This document shows positions 9,670 to 18,195 of a stretch of DNA of 64,000 bases, piece by piece. The stretch is from Kiritimatiellia bacterium (lineage in GTDB: Bacteria; Verrucomicrobiota; Kiritimatiellia; RFP12; JAAYLN01). Location of the stretch: the NCBI GenBank assembly GCA_045603485.1, contig JAZUMF010000105.1, positions 1,903 to 65,902 on the forward strand. The letters are read 5' to 3'. The position numbers were made by a program, and so were the translations under genes. The notes beneath the pieces are model-generated. The model ran no database searches and had not been told where the DNA came from. It saw nothing but the letters and a program-made list of their open reading frames with translations. The first letter of the stretch is position 1; the number at the start of each line of letters is the position of its first letter.

Positions 9670-10389
9670 ATGGTATCAGAGCTTTTTGGAAATGTTATTA
9701 AGGAGTTGCTGCATTTTTGGTGGTTTTTTGTAATTGCAATTGGTCTTAAGATTTTGATTTGTATCGCAAAAAGTCCATCCGGCAAGGGCTCTCGCGGAGA
9801 GAAAATAGCGCCATTAGCAATCTTTCAAAGTCTTGCGTCTCTTAAGGGGGCTCGCGGAGAGAGAATTGTTTCAAGGCGGTTGCGTGATGGTCTGCCGGAG
9901 GAATATAAGATTTTAAATGACATTTACCTTCCGCTTTTAGATGGAACTACAACACAGATTGATCATATCGTTGTATCGCAATATGGTATCTTTGTCGTAG
10001 AAACAAAGGCTTATAGCGGATGGATTTTCGGGGATGGGAAAAGTCCCTGCTGGACTCAGACGATATACAACAAGAAAAGTAAATTTCAAAATCCAATCAG
10101 GCAAAACTATAGGCACATTTGCGCATTGGCTGAGACTCTCGGTATCGATAAATCATATTTTATCAGCGTTGTCGTCTTTACCGGTGACTGTGAATTTAAG
10201 GGTGAGATGCCTAAGGGTGTCATATATTCCCAAGGTGCAGTAGATTACATCCGTCAGTTTACCGCTCCGTTGATTCTTGTTAGGCAGCTTGATGAAATTG
10301 TTTCTGCGATTGAGGAATGGCAAGCTTCAATCAGCGAGGAGCGAAAAGCCAAGCATGTCGAGAATTTGAAAAAACGCCATAACATTTAG
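9670..10389 (+). CDS. NERD (nuclease-related domain) protein with N-terminal TM helix
   Basis: GARGERIVSRRL...YKILNDIYLP....IDHIVVSQYGIFVVETKAYSGWIFG matches the NERD core. The N-terminal ~35 aa are hydrophobic. Sampled GC is ~37%. An internal near-duplicate KGSRGEKI/KGARGERI is present. Confidence 0.7.
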   Translation: MVSELFGNVIKELLHFWWFFVIAIGLKILICIAKSPSGKGSRGEKIAPLAIFQSLASLKGARGERIVSRRLRDGLPEEYKILNDIYLPLLDGTTTQIDHIVVSQYGIFVVETKAYSGWIFGDGKSPCWTQTIYNKKSKFQNPIRQNYRHICALAETLGIDKSYFISVVVFTGDCEFKGEMPKGVIYSQGAVDYIRQFTAPLILVRQLDEIVSAIEEWQASISEERKAKHVENLKKRHNI

Positions 10390-10496
10390 GTTAAATCTTG
10401 CCAATGACCTAAGGGCGACTTTAGGATGACTCAGAGGGGTGGCGGTGCTTCAGGCGCAAACGCTTTTAGGCGAGGGGCTTCTTCTGCTGAAACTCT

Positions 10497-10730
10497 TCAA
10501 TCCGAAAAGTGAAAACCGTCAAACCCGTTTTTGAACATAGCAATCAAGCTTTTTATGACTGCTAAAAAGAGGTAGAAGCCGGCGATTGATTCAAATATAA
10601 ACGGTATCCAAGAAGGTGTTGGGTCATTGAGACAAAACAACGAATAAAGGGCGATCGTGCCACTTATAATCGCATACTCCCACGCGCCTTGGCATGTTTT
10701 TGGAATAAGTTTGAATCTTCTTTTCTTCAT
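10497..10730 (-). CDS. Small two-helix membrane protein (hypothetical)
   Basis: 77 aa with two hydrophobic segments, convergent with the NERD gene. ORF only; no homology recognised. Confidence 0.3.
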   Translation of the reverse strand: MKKRRFKLIPKTCQGAWEYAIISGTIALYSLFCLNDPTPSWIPFIFESIAGFYLFLAVIKSLIAMFKNGFDGFHFSD

Positions 10731-10956
10731 GAAGTAATAATATAAAATTTAAAGAGGAAAAGCAAATGGAATAATGGAGAGTGAAGCCATCATCTCGGCA
10801 AAAAGTGATTTGCCTTTTCATCGCTTGATAAATCCAACATTCTAGACATCTTATTAACGGAAATTTTTTAGTTCTACGACACTGAAAACTATTACGCACT
10901 TACGGCAATCTATACCGAGCGGTATTTATAATGACCGAATAGATAAATATCGGTAT

Positions 10957-11064
10957 CTTACCTTTTACCTCTTACTTCTTACCTTTTACCTTTTACCTTT
11001 CTTTAGGTTTTAGGTAATAGGTAATAGGTAATAGGTTCCGACAATTCGCAAGGCGAATTGGCGG
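10957..11064. repeat. Hairpin element copy A: (CTTACCT-like heptads) - loop - (AGGTAAT)3 - GGTTCCGACAATTCGCAAGGCGAATTGGCGG
   Basis: Direct reading. The left arm is rich in TTACC and the right arm is its complement, GGTAA. The terminal CAATTCGC/GCGAATTG forms an 8-bp stem. Confidence 0.8.
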
Positions 11065-11421
11065 GACACTATGGATACTGCAACACATTTCACTTTTTAC
11101 CTCAATAGGATAAAATTTATGATAGGCGAACTTGAAATCTGCCATTTTCTACACCCATAGATAACACGGCTTTTTTATCATCGCGAACATACATGCAGGA
11201 AGTATGGATTCGATGCCGGATGATATGCTTTCGGCGTTTCCTGCAAGAATCGCTTTTCTCTGTGCGACCAGGGAAGAATCAATTCGCCTTATCGGAATAC
11301 CGCATGCGGTAAACTTATATCCCTTTTGTGAATTTTTCATCAACAACGCCGCAAAATCCAAAAATTCCAATTGCGTCTATCACGTAACAAAAACGAGTTC
11401 GAGACATGAAAACGTGTACGC

Positions 11422-11778
11422 TTATTTCGGATTCAGCTTTTTGAGCGATGCGACCAGGAGACGAATCAGCTCTTCGCAGTCGGTGTAGAGGGACTGATAC
11501 GAATCGCCATCAGGGATGAAACCGGTTTCGTGCAGCAATTCAAGCCAATACAACGTTTCACCGGCTTCTTTGAGTGCGATGGTCTGTTTGGAAATGAAGT
11601 CGTTTCTGGATTGCGCGTACTTGGCTTCCGCCAGATTAGCCCCTATCGACGTGCCGCACCGAAGGATCTGCTTTGACATCGTCGATTCGCGTTTTCCGCG
11701 CAGATATTTATGGAGATTGACGATACGGATGGCAAACGCCTTGGCCTTTGTCAGCATCACCGGGTCGGACATACACAT
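11422..11778 (-). CDS. Four-helix-bundle protein (TIGR02436-type; Avd / 23S-IVS protein family)
   Basis: 118 aa. ...SIGANLAEAKYAQSRNDFISKQTIALKEAGETLYWLELL... matches the conserved core of four-helix-bundle (bAvd-like) proteins. Confidence 0.75.
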   Translation of the reverse strand: MCMSDPVMLTKAKAFAIRIVNLHKYLRGKRESTMSKQILRCGTSIGANLAEAKYAQSRNDFISKQTIALKEAGETLYWLELLHETGFIPDGDSYQSLYTDCEELIRLLVASLKKLNPK

Positions 11779-12107
11779 CTCCTTTCTTAGGAAAACGACA
11801 AACTCCGCACTTCTTACCTTTTACCTCTTACTTCTTACCTTTGTTTAGGTTTTAGGTTAGAGGTAATAGGTAATAGGTAATAGGTTCCGACAATTCGCGC
11901 TTTCCGCGCAGATATTTATGGAGATTGACGATACGGATGGCAAACGTCTTGGCCTTTGTCAGCATCACCGAGTCGGACATACACATCTTCTTTCACAAGA
12001 AAACGACAAACTCCGCACTTCTTACCTTTTACCTCTTACTTCTTACTTCTTACCTTTGTTTAGGTTTTAGGTTAGAGGTAATAGGTAATAGGTAATAGGT
12101 TCCGACA
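11685..12107. repeat. Tandem direct duplication, 208 bp + 215 bp (~93% identity)
   Basis: Units 11685-11892 and 11893-12107 both begin ATTCGCG(T/C)TTTCCGCGCAGATATTTATGGAG. Each contains the 5' 31 codons of the four-helix-bundle gene plus one hairpin element. Unit 2 has an extra TTCTTAC heptad. Confidence 0.85.
11811..11898. repeat. Hairpin element copy B
   Basis: cttcttaccttttacctcttacttcttacctttgtttaggttttaggttagaggtaataggtaataggtaataggttccgacaattcgc. Confidence 0.8.
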
Positions 12108-12122
12108 ATTCGCAAGGCGAAT
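12018..12122. repeat. Hairpin element copy C, abutting the tRNA-Ser 3' end
   Basis: Same element with one extra heptad. It ends in the CAATTCGC-aagg-GCGAATTG hairpin immediately 3' of the tRNA CCA. Confidence 0.8.
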
Positions 12123-12214
12123 TGGCGGAGGGGGTGGGATTCGAACCCACGATGGCCGTAAGACCATGCCTGATTTCGAGTCAGGTACGTTCAACCAGGC
12201 TCCGCCACCCCTCC
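12123..12214 (-). tRNA. tRNA-Ser (anticodon CGA), CCA encoded
   Basis: The reverse complement gives GGAGGGG acceptor pairing with CCCCTCC. The anticodon stem-loop is CCTGA-CTCGAAA-TCAGG with U33 and A37. There is a long variable arm and a GGTTCGAATCC T-loop. Total length is 92 nt. Confidence 0.85.
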
Positions 12215-12288
12215 GCGCTAAAAAGGCTCTAAAAAAGAACCTTTATTATGATACTAAAAAGGGTTGTCTTAGTCAACTTAAAATTCGT

Positions 12289-13134
12289 TTAGATATTTAC
12301 ATCAATCCATACAGGGATGTGGTCAGAGAGGCACATATAGTAATCAGGTGCATAGCGGTCGAAGGTGCGGACTGCATCTTTGGCTAAGCCTTTGACGAGG
12401 ATGTGGTCTATTGCGTTGATTGCCGGCTTTGGGGTGTAGGGCTTATAGCCGTCAGGGAAGCAGTAGTGGCAACCATGACCTTCATCGCGATGTTCTACAG
12501 CAAGGTCGTAGCAATGTTCGAAACCGCAGCTGAATGCCGCTTCTAGGGCCTGTGAGGTGCGGGTGGCGTTTAGGTCACCCATTAGAATTGCAGGGCAATT
12601 GTATTTTGCCTGAAACTTGTCTATCGCATTGATTGCAAGATTGATTTGATAGGCCCTTGCTTCGTCGGAAAAGGCTTGGTAGGATTTGGATTCGGGATTT
12701 GAGACTTTGTACCACAGGTGTGTTGTCGTTAGAATGAATAGCGCGCCTGTCTCTTTGATGCGAAATACTCCCAGATTATAGGATTTTGTTTTGCTGTTAT
12801 TGAAGATGCCTTCGTATTCGGGAATGTTGTCGGGATAAATCAGGAAGGTTGAGTCGACGAGTTCAAAGAGGTCTGTGCGATAAATTATAGGTGTGTCTCT
12901 TCCCCAGAGGAGAGCGTATGGTAAATTATTGTCTGAGAAGAGCTGCATGAGTTTGTCTGCCATGCGTGCAGTTACTTCTTGAAGTCCTAAGACATCGGGC
13001 TTTGTTTCAAGGTAGTATTTAAGAAAGCCTGGCATTCTTGCCTCTGGCGAGCAATCTTGACCGATTTTTTCCCATTCGGGCATATTTCTGTCGCAGGCCC
13101 ACTGGTTTGTGCTCATTATGCGTAACTTTTTCAT
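12289..13134 (-). CDS. Endonuclease/exonuclease/phosphatase (EEP) family protein
   Basis: 281 aa with an N-terminal LRIMSTN, LGLQEV, and a C-terminal SDHIPVWIDV, all typical of EEP-fold hydrolases. Confidence 0.7.
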   Translation of the reverse strand: MKKLRIMSTNQWACDRNMPEWEKIGQDCSPEARMPGFLKYYLETKPDVLGLQEVTARMADKLMQLFSDNNLPYALLWGRDTPIIYRTDLFELVDSTFLIYPDNIPEYEGIFNNSKTKSYNLGVFRIKETGALFILTTTHLWYKVSNPESKSYQAFSDEARAYQINLAINAIDKFQAKYNCPAILMGDLNATRTSQALEAAFSCGFEHCYDLAVEHRDEGHGCHYCFPDGYKPYTPKPAINAIDHILVKGLAKDAVRTFDRYAPDYYMCLSDHIPVWIDVNI

Positions 13135-13150
13135 GGTAATTTCCAGTTTT

Positions 13151-14377
13151 TTATCGGCTTAAATAGATAAGGCTTTCAAAATGCGCCGTTCTCGGGAACA
13201 TGTCAAAGACTTTAGCCTTCTTTATCTTGAAGCCTTTTTCCGCAAGAGACGAGAGGTCGCGTGTGAGGGTCGCGGGATCGCACGAAACATAGATCAGCTT
13301 TTGCAGTTGTGAGGAGGCGAGTGCCTGTACCGTTTCAGGCTCCATGCCTTGACGAGGGGGGTCTGCAATGACGACGGCGTCATTTAGAGGTATGTCATCG
13401 AGACCGTTCTTTGCGAAGCCCGCAACCGTATCGCAGATGAAGGTGACGCCGCTGAGACCAAGGTTTTTTGCATTTCGCTTTGCCGCGGCTATGGCATTGC
13501 GCCCGCTTTCTACGCCAATGATGTTTTTGAAGCCGTCCGCGGCTGCCGCAAGCGCAAAAACGCCTACACCGCAGTAGAGGTCAAGGAGGGTGTTGCAAGG
13601 CGTTTCTGAGACGATTTCCTTTAACCACTGGCGTACTTGCTCGACAAGCGCGTAAGCGACTTGCGGGTTTACCTGGTAAAAGCCGTCTGTTGGAACCTGG
13701 AGGTCGCCGACGGGGGAGTGTTCGGTTAGGCAGCCGATGTCGGACGGCGCTTTGCCTTCCCACGATAAGACGCCGTCCGCTTCTGTATGTCGAAATGTAA
13801 TTGATGCTCCATCGGGGAGAGAGTATGCGGCATGCTGTCTCATGCGAGACCAAGCATAGTTGATTGATGGATTTGCAAGCGGACAGCGTTGTATGTCGAC
13901 GACGGTCTTGTTGTCTTCACCCAAATAACCGATTTTGCATTGGGCTCCCCTGCGCTGCACATGAAGGACGATTTTATTGCGGTAGCCAAGTGGAGCGGGT
14001 GAAGCGAAGGGGGGGAGAAAGACTTCGGGGGCGGCGAGGTTGCGAAGGAAGTTTTTTAGCTGGCTGTTTTTTAGGTCAACTTCTGCCTTGTAATCAACAT
14101 GGTCGTAGACGCAGCCAGGAACAAGGATTCCTTCTTCCGTACGGCAACATGGCTCAATTCGATTGGCTGACGGTGTGAGAACCTTGATGAGAGTGGCGTT
14201 TTGAAAGCGCTTTTTATTTGAGACTATCTTTGCAAGGACTTTTTCGCCCGGGAGTGTGCCGGGAATGAAGGTGACGATTCCGTCGTCTTTTGCAATGCCG
14301 GCCCCACGATATGCGACATCGACAATCGTGAATTCCTGTATTCTGCCTTGACCTTGCGAAGTATGTTGCGTTTCCAT
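13151..14377 (-). CDS. rlmD: 23S rRNA (uracil-C5)-methyltransferase RlmD/RumA family (TRAM + SAM MTase)
   Basis: N-terminal TRAM-like domain, a Cys cluster (CCRTEEGILVPGC..C), SAM motif LLDLYCGVGVFAL, and DPPRQG. Confidence 0.8.
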   Translation of the reverse strand: METQHTSQGQGRIQEFTIVDVAYRGAGIAKDDGIVTFIPGTLPGEKVLAKIVSNKKRFQNATLIKVLTPSANRIEPCCRTEEGILVPGCVYDHVDYKAEVDLKNSQLKNFLRNLAAPEVFLPPFASPAPLGYRNKIVLHVQRRGAQCKIGYLGEDNKTVVDIQRCPLANPSINYAWSRMRQHAAYSLPDGASITFRHTEADGVLSWEGKAPSDIGCLTEHSPVGDLQVPTDGFYQVNPQVAYALVEQVRQWLKEIVSETPCNTLLDLYCGVGVFALAAAADGFKNIIGVESGRNAIAAAKRNAKNLGLSGVTFICDTVAGFAKNGLDDIPLNDAVVIADPPRQGMEPETVQALASSQLQKLIYVSCDPATLTRDLSSLAEKGFKIKKAKVFDMFPRTAHFESLIYLSR

Positions 14378-14383
14378 TGCGTC

Positions 14384-15232
14384 TTAGATGATTCGAGTGA
14401 GCATTTGCTCCGCCAAATCGGAGAGTGCTGCCGTTGCTTGAGAGCCTTTAATGGTCGAAAGCGCCGCGACTGCTTCTGTTGTGAATTGCTTGGCTTTTTC
14501 ACGGGCTTCTTCAACTGTCCAAAGGCGGAGGCATGAGGGCTCTTCGTTTTCTTCATCGGCGTCGAGGATGTCGTCGATTATCTGGAAGGCTACACCTAGC
14601 GCTTCGCCATAGTGACCTAAAGCTTCAATCTCATCGTCGGTTCCGCCGCCGGCGATTGCGCCGAGCAGCATTGAGGCTTTGAAGAGGTCCGCCGTTTTGT
14701 GGAGTTGAATATAGCTTAGCCGCTCTGCATCAAGCGGTGTATTGGCTATGTCTTCAACCTGTCCGCCAACTACACCTGCCGGGCCTGCCGCCTTAGCCAA
14801 AACTCTTACAAGGTTGTTTGTCCGTTCAGGAGAGAGTTTTGTCGGCTGCGATATGACATCAAATGCGTGAGCCTGTAATGCGTCACCAGCCAGTATCGCT
14901 AGCGCTTCACCGTATTTGATATGGACGGTCGGGCTGCCTCTGCGGAGGGCGCTGTCATCCATCGACGGGAGGTCGTCATGGATGAGGGTGTAGGAGTGCA
15001 GATATTCAATCGCCGCCGCAGCTTGGAGCGCCGCTTCGGGATCGCCGTCGTCGCTTGCCGCTGCCTCTGAGGCTGTCAGCACTAATAACGGGCGTATGCG
15101 CTTGCCACCTGTGGATACGGCATAACGCATTGCTTCTGCAAGTGCTTTGGGAACATTTTCGGACGGCAACAACCGCAAAACGACCTCTTGGGCTCGTTCG
15201 CGCTGCAGGCCAAGATAGTCTTTTGTCGCCAT
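14384..15232 (-). CDS. ispA: Polyprenyl diphosphate synthase (FPP/GGPP synthase, IspA family)
   Basis: First DDxxD LIHDDLPSMDD and second FQIIDDILD motifs. The start is placed at internal MATKDYL to avoid a 77-nt overlap with the upstream gene. Confidence 0.8.
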   Translation of the reverse strand: MATKDYLGLQRERAQEVVLRLLPSENVPKALAEAMRYAVSTGGKRIRPLLVLTASEAAASDDGDPEAALQAAAAIEYLHSYTLIHDDLPSMDDSALRRGSPTVHIKYGEALAILAGDALQAHAFDVISQPTKLSPERTNNLVRVLAKAAGPAGVVGGQVEDIANTPLDAERLSYIQLHKTADLFKASMLLGAIAGGGTDDEIEALGHYGEALGVAFQIIDDILDADEENEEPSCLRLWTVEEAREKAKQFTTEAVAALSTIKGSQATAALSDLAEQMLTRII

Positions 15233-15236
15233 TTTT

Positions 15237-16130
15237 TTACTTGACCGTGTAGCGTGTTGCTTTGCCCAAGGCTTTCCAGAGAGACTCTTGGTCGGTCGCG
15301 GCGATAATCGCATTGCGGTTTTGGACCTTCATGAAGGACTCTGTAAGTCCGGCGATGAGGCGCAGATAAAACGCGCTTACCGCTGTTGGAATAGTAAAGA
15401 AGCAAATGATGTTAGCGGTATGGTCGTTGTCGAACTTGATGCCCTTTTTGCTGGTGCCGAGTGCGAGCGTTAAGCCGCCGCCTTCAACACCGCGCACATG
15501 GGGGAACGCCAAGCCGTTTTCCATACCTGTCGAGAGGATGTTCTCGCGCTCTATGGCTGCAGTGACAAGCTTTGCCGCATCATCGACGAAGCGTGCGTCC
15601 TGCATAATGGTCGCAAGCTCGATAATGGCGTCGTCGCGTTTTGTCGCCTTGAGCTCAGGAATCATAAGGGACTGGGCGGAGAAGCGGGCAATGCCGATTT
15701 TGCGCGGCTCGGAGCGCGTCTGATTTTCACCGACCCACCGTGCAGAGTCGGAGGTTTCATAGAGGATTCGGGCGCAACTCGGGCAGGTTTGGATCTGATT
15801 GGACTGCAGGTCGTGCGCCTGACGGACGGTTTGCACCAAACCGAGTGGAAGGCGCATACCGCAAATTGCACAGGAGCCGTTGTGCATCGGTGCCATAACG
15901 ATGTGGTCTTTCTTCAAAAGACGAAGGACGAAATCTTTTGTCGATTGTGGAAGACCTGAAGCTAAATCTTCGATATTTTTACGGAGACGCTCAAGGTGCG
16001 AGCCATCGCCTGTCGTTTTGTGTTCGTCAAGAATCAATACCAATTCCTGAAGCTGTAATAGATGATTTACTAAACTCTGCATAGTGCTTAATGTTTTACA
16101 TTTATTTTGAAATTTTGTCAAGATTTTCAT
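15237..16130 (-). CDS. Fusion protein: coiled-coil + C4 zinc-ribbon (COG1579-like) N-terminus with PTS EIIA-2 (EIIA-Ntr/PtsN-like) C-terminus
   Basis: The N-terminus has CAICGMRL...CPSCARILY, two CxxC pairs after a coiled coil. The C-terminal ~150 aa are ...GLAFPHVRG...IICFFTIP..., matching the EIIA fructose/nitrogen family with its conserved His. Confidence 0.6.
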   Translation of the reverse strand: MKILTKFQNKCKTLSTMQSLVNHLLQLQELVLILDEHKTTGDGSHLERLRKNIEDLASGLPQSTKDFVLRLLKKDHIVMAPMHNGSCAICGMRLPLGLVQTVRQAHDLQSNQIQTCPSCARILYETSDSARWVGENQTRSEPRKIGIARFSAQSLMIPELKATKRDDAIIELATIMQDARFVDDAAKLVTAAIERENILSTGMENGLAFPHVRGVEGGGLTLALGTSKKGIKFDNDHTANIICFFTIPTAVSAFYLRLIAGLTESFMKVQNRNAIIAATDQESLWKALGKATRYTVK

Positions 16131-16213
16131 TGAAAAAATTATCCCTTTTGTCTTTGTCCGTAAAAAATGGTATCTTTATAGAAAGTTTCGTTTATGATTG
16201 AAGGATTTGAAAG

Positions 16214-18160
16214 ATGAAGAACTGGTATACAGCAAAAGCTTCTCATGGCACCATTGTCAACGATGATGTCATTCGCCGTACTCGCGCTATTTGTGCAGAC
16301 CGGCAAAAACGCCTTAGCACGATTAAGACGCGCGAGGATGCGGAGGCTTATATCAATGAAGTACGGGCAAAAATCAGAAAGGCATTTCCACTTCCGGCCG
16401 AAAAGACGCCTCTTAACCCTCAAATTACCAGAACGACTGACATGGGGGATTACACTATTGACTGTGTGATTTTTGAAAGTCGCCCGAGATTCCCAGTTTC
16501 GGCTGCATTGTATACACCCAAAATGCCGGGGCCTCATCCCGCAATTTTGTTTTTAATAGGTCACTCGCAAACAGGTAAGGCTGCCGACCAATATCAGCTT
16601 TCATGCCGCATGTATGCACAGATGGGATATACCGTTCTTGCCGTCGACCCAATCGCACAAGGAGAGCGTTATCAGTTTATCGGTGTGCCAGGAGCCGAAT
16701 CTCTTTCTGGTGCCTGCTGTTCAGAGCACAATACCCTAGGGAAGCAGCTATTGCTTTGTGGCGATTTTTTTGGCGCCTGGCGTTCATGGGATGCAATTCG
16801 CGGTGTTGATTTCTTGTTAAGCCGTCCTGATGTAGATGCAAGCCGTATTGCCGTGACAGGTACATCTGGCGGTGGTACTATGACTACATTCGCATTTACC
16901 CTTGACGAGCGTTTGGCCATCGCCGCTCCAAGCTCTTATATCACGACTTGGCAGCGCAATATCGAAAATGAGCTTCCAGTCGATTCTGAACAGGCCATTC
17001 CACGCCTCTTGGGGCAGGGGCTTGAGATGACCGATTTGCTTATTGCAGCGGCTCCCCGTCCCGTGAGAATTATGGCTCAAATAAACGACTTCTTTGACGC
17101 GCGAGGCTCTGAAACCGCCTACAATGAGGTTAAGCGCATTTATGAGCTCTTGGGCGCAGGAGATGATGTAAGCTTGATTGTCGGCCCAGATCTCCACGGA
17201 TATACCCATGCTCACCGCATGGCGGCATCGGAGTTTTTCAACTCACAATTCGGAGTCAATGCAACCCCCGTTGAGCCTACCGATAAACTTGGCGATGAAT
17301 TACGCTGTACTGAAACAGGGCAGCTTTCTGACAATCCGAAGTGGCGTCTGGTCCATGACTTTATTGTCGATGAAGCTGAAAGGCTTCGCAAGTCCCGTCG
17401 CGAGCTTTCGCTTGAAGAGCTGCGCTCATATTTTGCAAATGCCCTTGGGCTTCCTGCTGTTGATTCGGTTGCCATACCGCCTTACCGGATGCTTCGCCCA
17501 ATGGATGCTCCCAACTATAAGGTCGGACGCTTCCGTTTGGAAAAGGATGACGGCGTTGATGTTATCTTGCGCTTAGTAGCCGATGATTATATGCTGCATA
17601 TCCCAATGTGTGAAAAGGCGCGCCTTTTAATTCCCCACATGGATTCGTTGCTTGAACATGAGGATATGCCGATAGGGGAAGGCCTTGATGTACTTTTGGA
17701 TATCAGAGGCATTGGCGAACTTGAACCGTCTTCTGGTCCGCAAGTCGGGCGCGATTTCTTCCATCCATATCAGTATGATTATTATTATGATTCGGTTTAC
17801 CGCATGCTCGGAGAGTCATACCTTGGAGGACGCGTCCGTGATATTTTCTCTGCCGTAGCTCTCTTGCGCAGCAAGGGCTGCAAGGATTTGACGCTTCGCG
17901 GTCATGGACAAGGGGCAATTCCAACGGCGATTGCGGCTCTCTTCTTGGATTGCAAGGTTGAGCTTGCGGCGGCGCCGGTCTCGTGGGAAAATATGGCATT
18001 GTCGCGTGCCAATGTATGGCCTCAGGCGGTTTTGATTGAGAATGTTCTTGCAACAACGGATTTGCCTGATTTATACAAAGCTTTAGGCGACCGCCTCACG
18101 ATTTTATCAAATTGGGATATGGTAAAGCCCGTTTTTGAAGAGGGCGTTGATGACCGATAG
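16214..18160 (+). CDS. Alpha/beta-hydrolase fold esterase (acetyl-xylan-esterase/peptidase S9-like) with long C-terminal extension
   Basis: 648 aa. FLIGHSQTGK and VTGTSGGGTMT are nucleophile-elbow-like motifs, and the spacing fits an alpha/beta hydrolase. The family assignment is tentative. Confidence 0.5.
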   Translation: MKNWYTAKASHGTIVNDDVIRRTRAICADRQKRLSTIKTREDAEAYINEVRAKIRKAFPLPAEKTPLNPQITRTTDMGDYTIDCVIFESRPRFPVSAALYTPKMPGPHPAILFLIGHSQTGKAADQYQLSCRMYAQMGYTVLAVDPIAQGERYQFIGVPGAESLSGACCSEHNTLGKQLLLCGDFFGAWRSWDAIRGVDFLLSRPDVDASRIAVTGTSGGGTMTTFAFTLDERLAIAAPSSYITTWQRNIENELPVDSEQAIPRLLGQGLEMTDLLIAAAPRPVRIMAQINDFFDARGSETAYNEVKRIYELLGAGDDVSLIVGPDLHGYTHAHRMAASEFFNSQFGVNATPVEPTDKLGDELRCTETGQLSDNPKWRLVHDFIVDEAERLRKSRRELSLEELRSYFANALGLPAVDSVAIPPYRMLRPMDAPNYKVGRFRLEKDDGVDVILRLVADDYMLHIPMCEKARLLIPHMDSLLEHEDMPIGEGLDVLLDIRGIGELEPSSGPQVGRDFFHPYQYDYYYDSVYRMLGESYLGGRVRDIFSAVALLRSKGCKDLTLRGHGQGAIPTAIAALFLDCKVELAAAPVSWENMALSRANVWPQAVLIENVLATTDLPDLYKALGDRLTILSNWDMVKPVFEEGVDDR

Positions 18161-18195
18161 ACTTTCTTTTGCCTTATAAGATTGGGAATTGTTTT

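Noticed and set aside
11149-11488. Two mutually overlapping small ORFs (73 aa minus, 94 aa plus) between hairpin element A and the four-helix-bundle gene
   Set aside because: They are mutually exclusive with no recognisable motifs, and the region is AT-rich, where random ORFs are common. One of them could be real, but nothing in the sequence discriminates between them.
11422-12214. Diversity-generating retroelement (the four-helix-bundle protein could be Avd)
   Set aside because: No reverse-transcriptase ORF and no template/variable repeat pair with A-to-N differences anywhere in the 64 kb. The repeats present are hairpin or heptad elements, not TR/VR.
10957-12214. Integrase-mediated island with attL/attR formed by duplication of the tRNA-Ser 3' end
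   Set aside because: Only 7-8 nt of the tRNA 3' end (TGGCGGG) recur at copy A, too short to call an att site. No integrase or recombinase ORF is present. Kept only as a weak possibility inside the hairpin-element finding.
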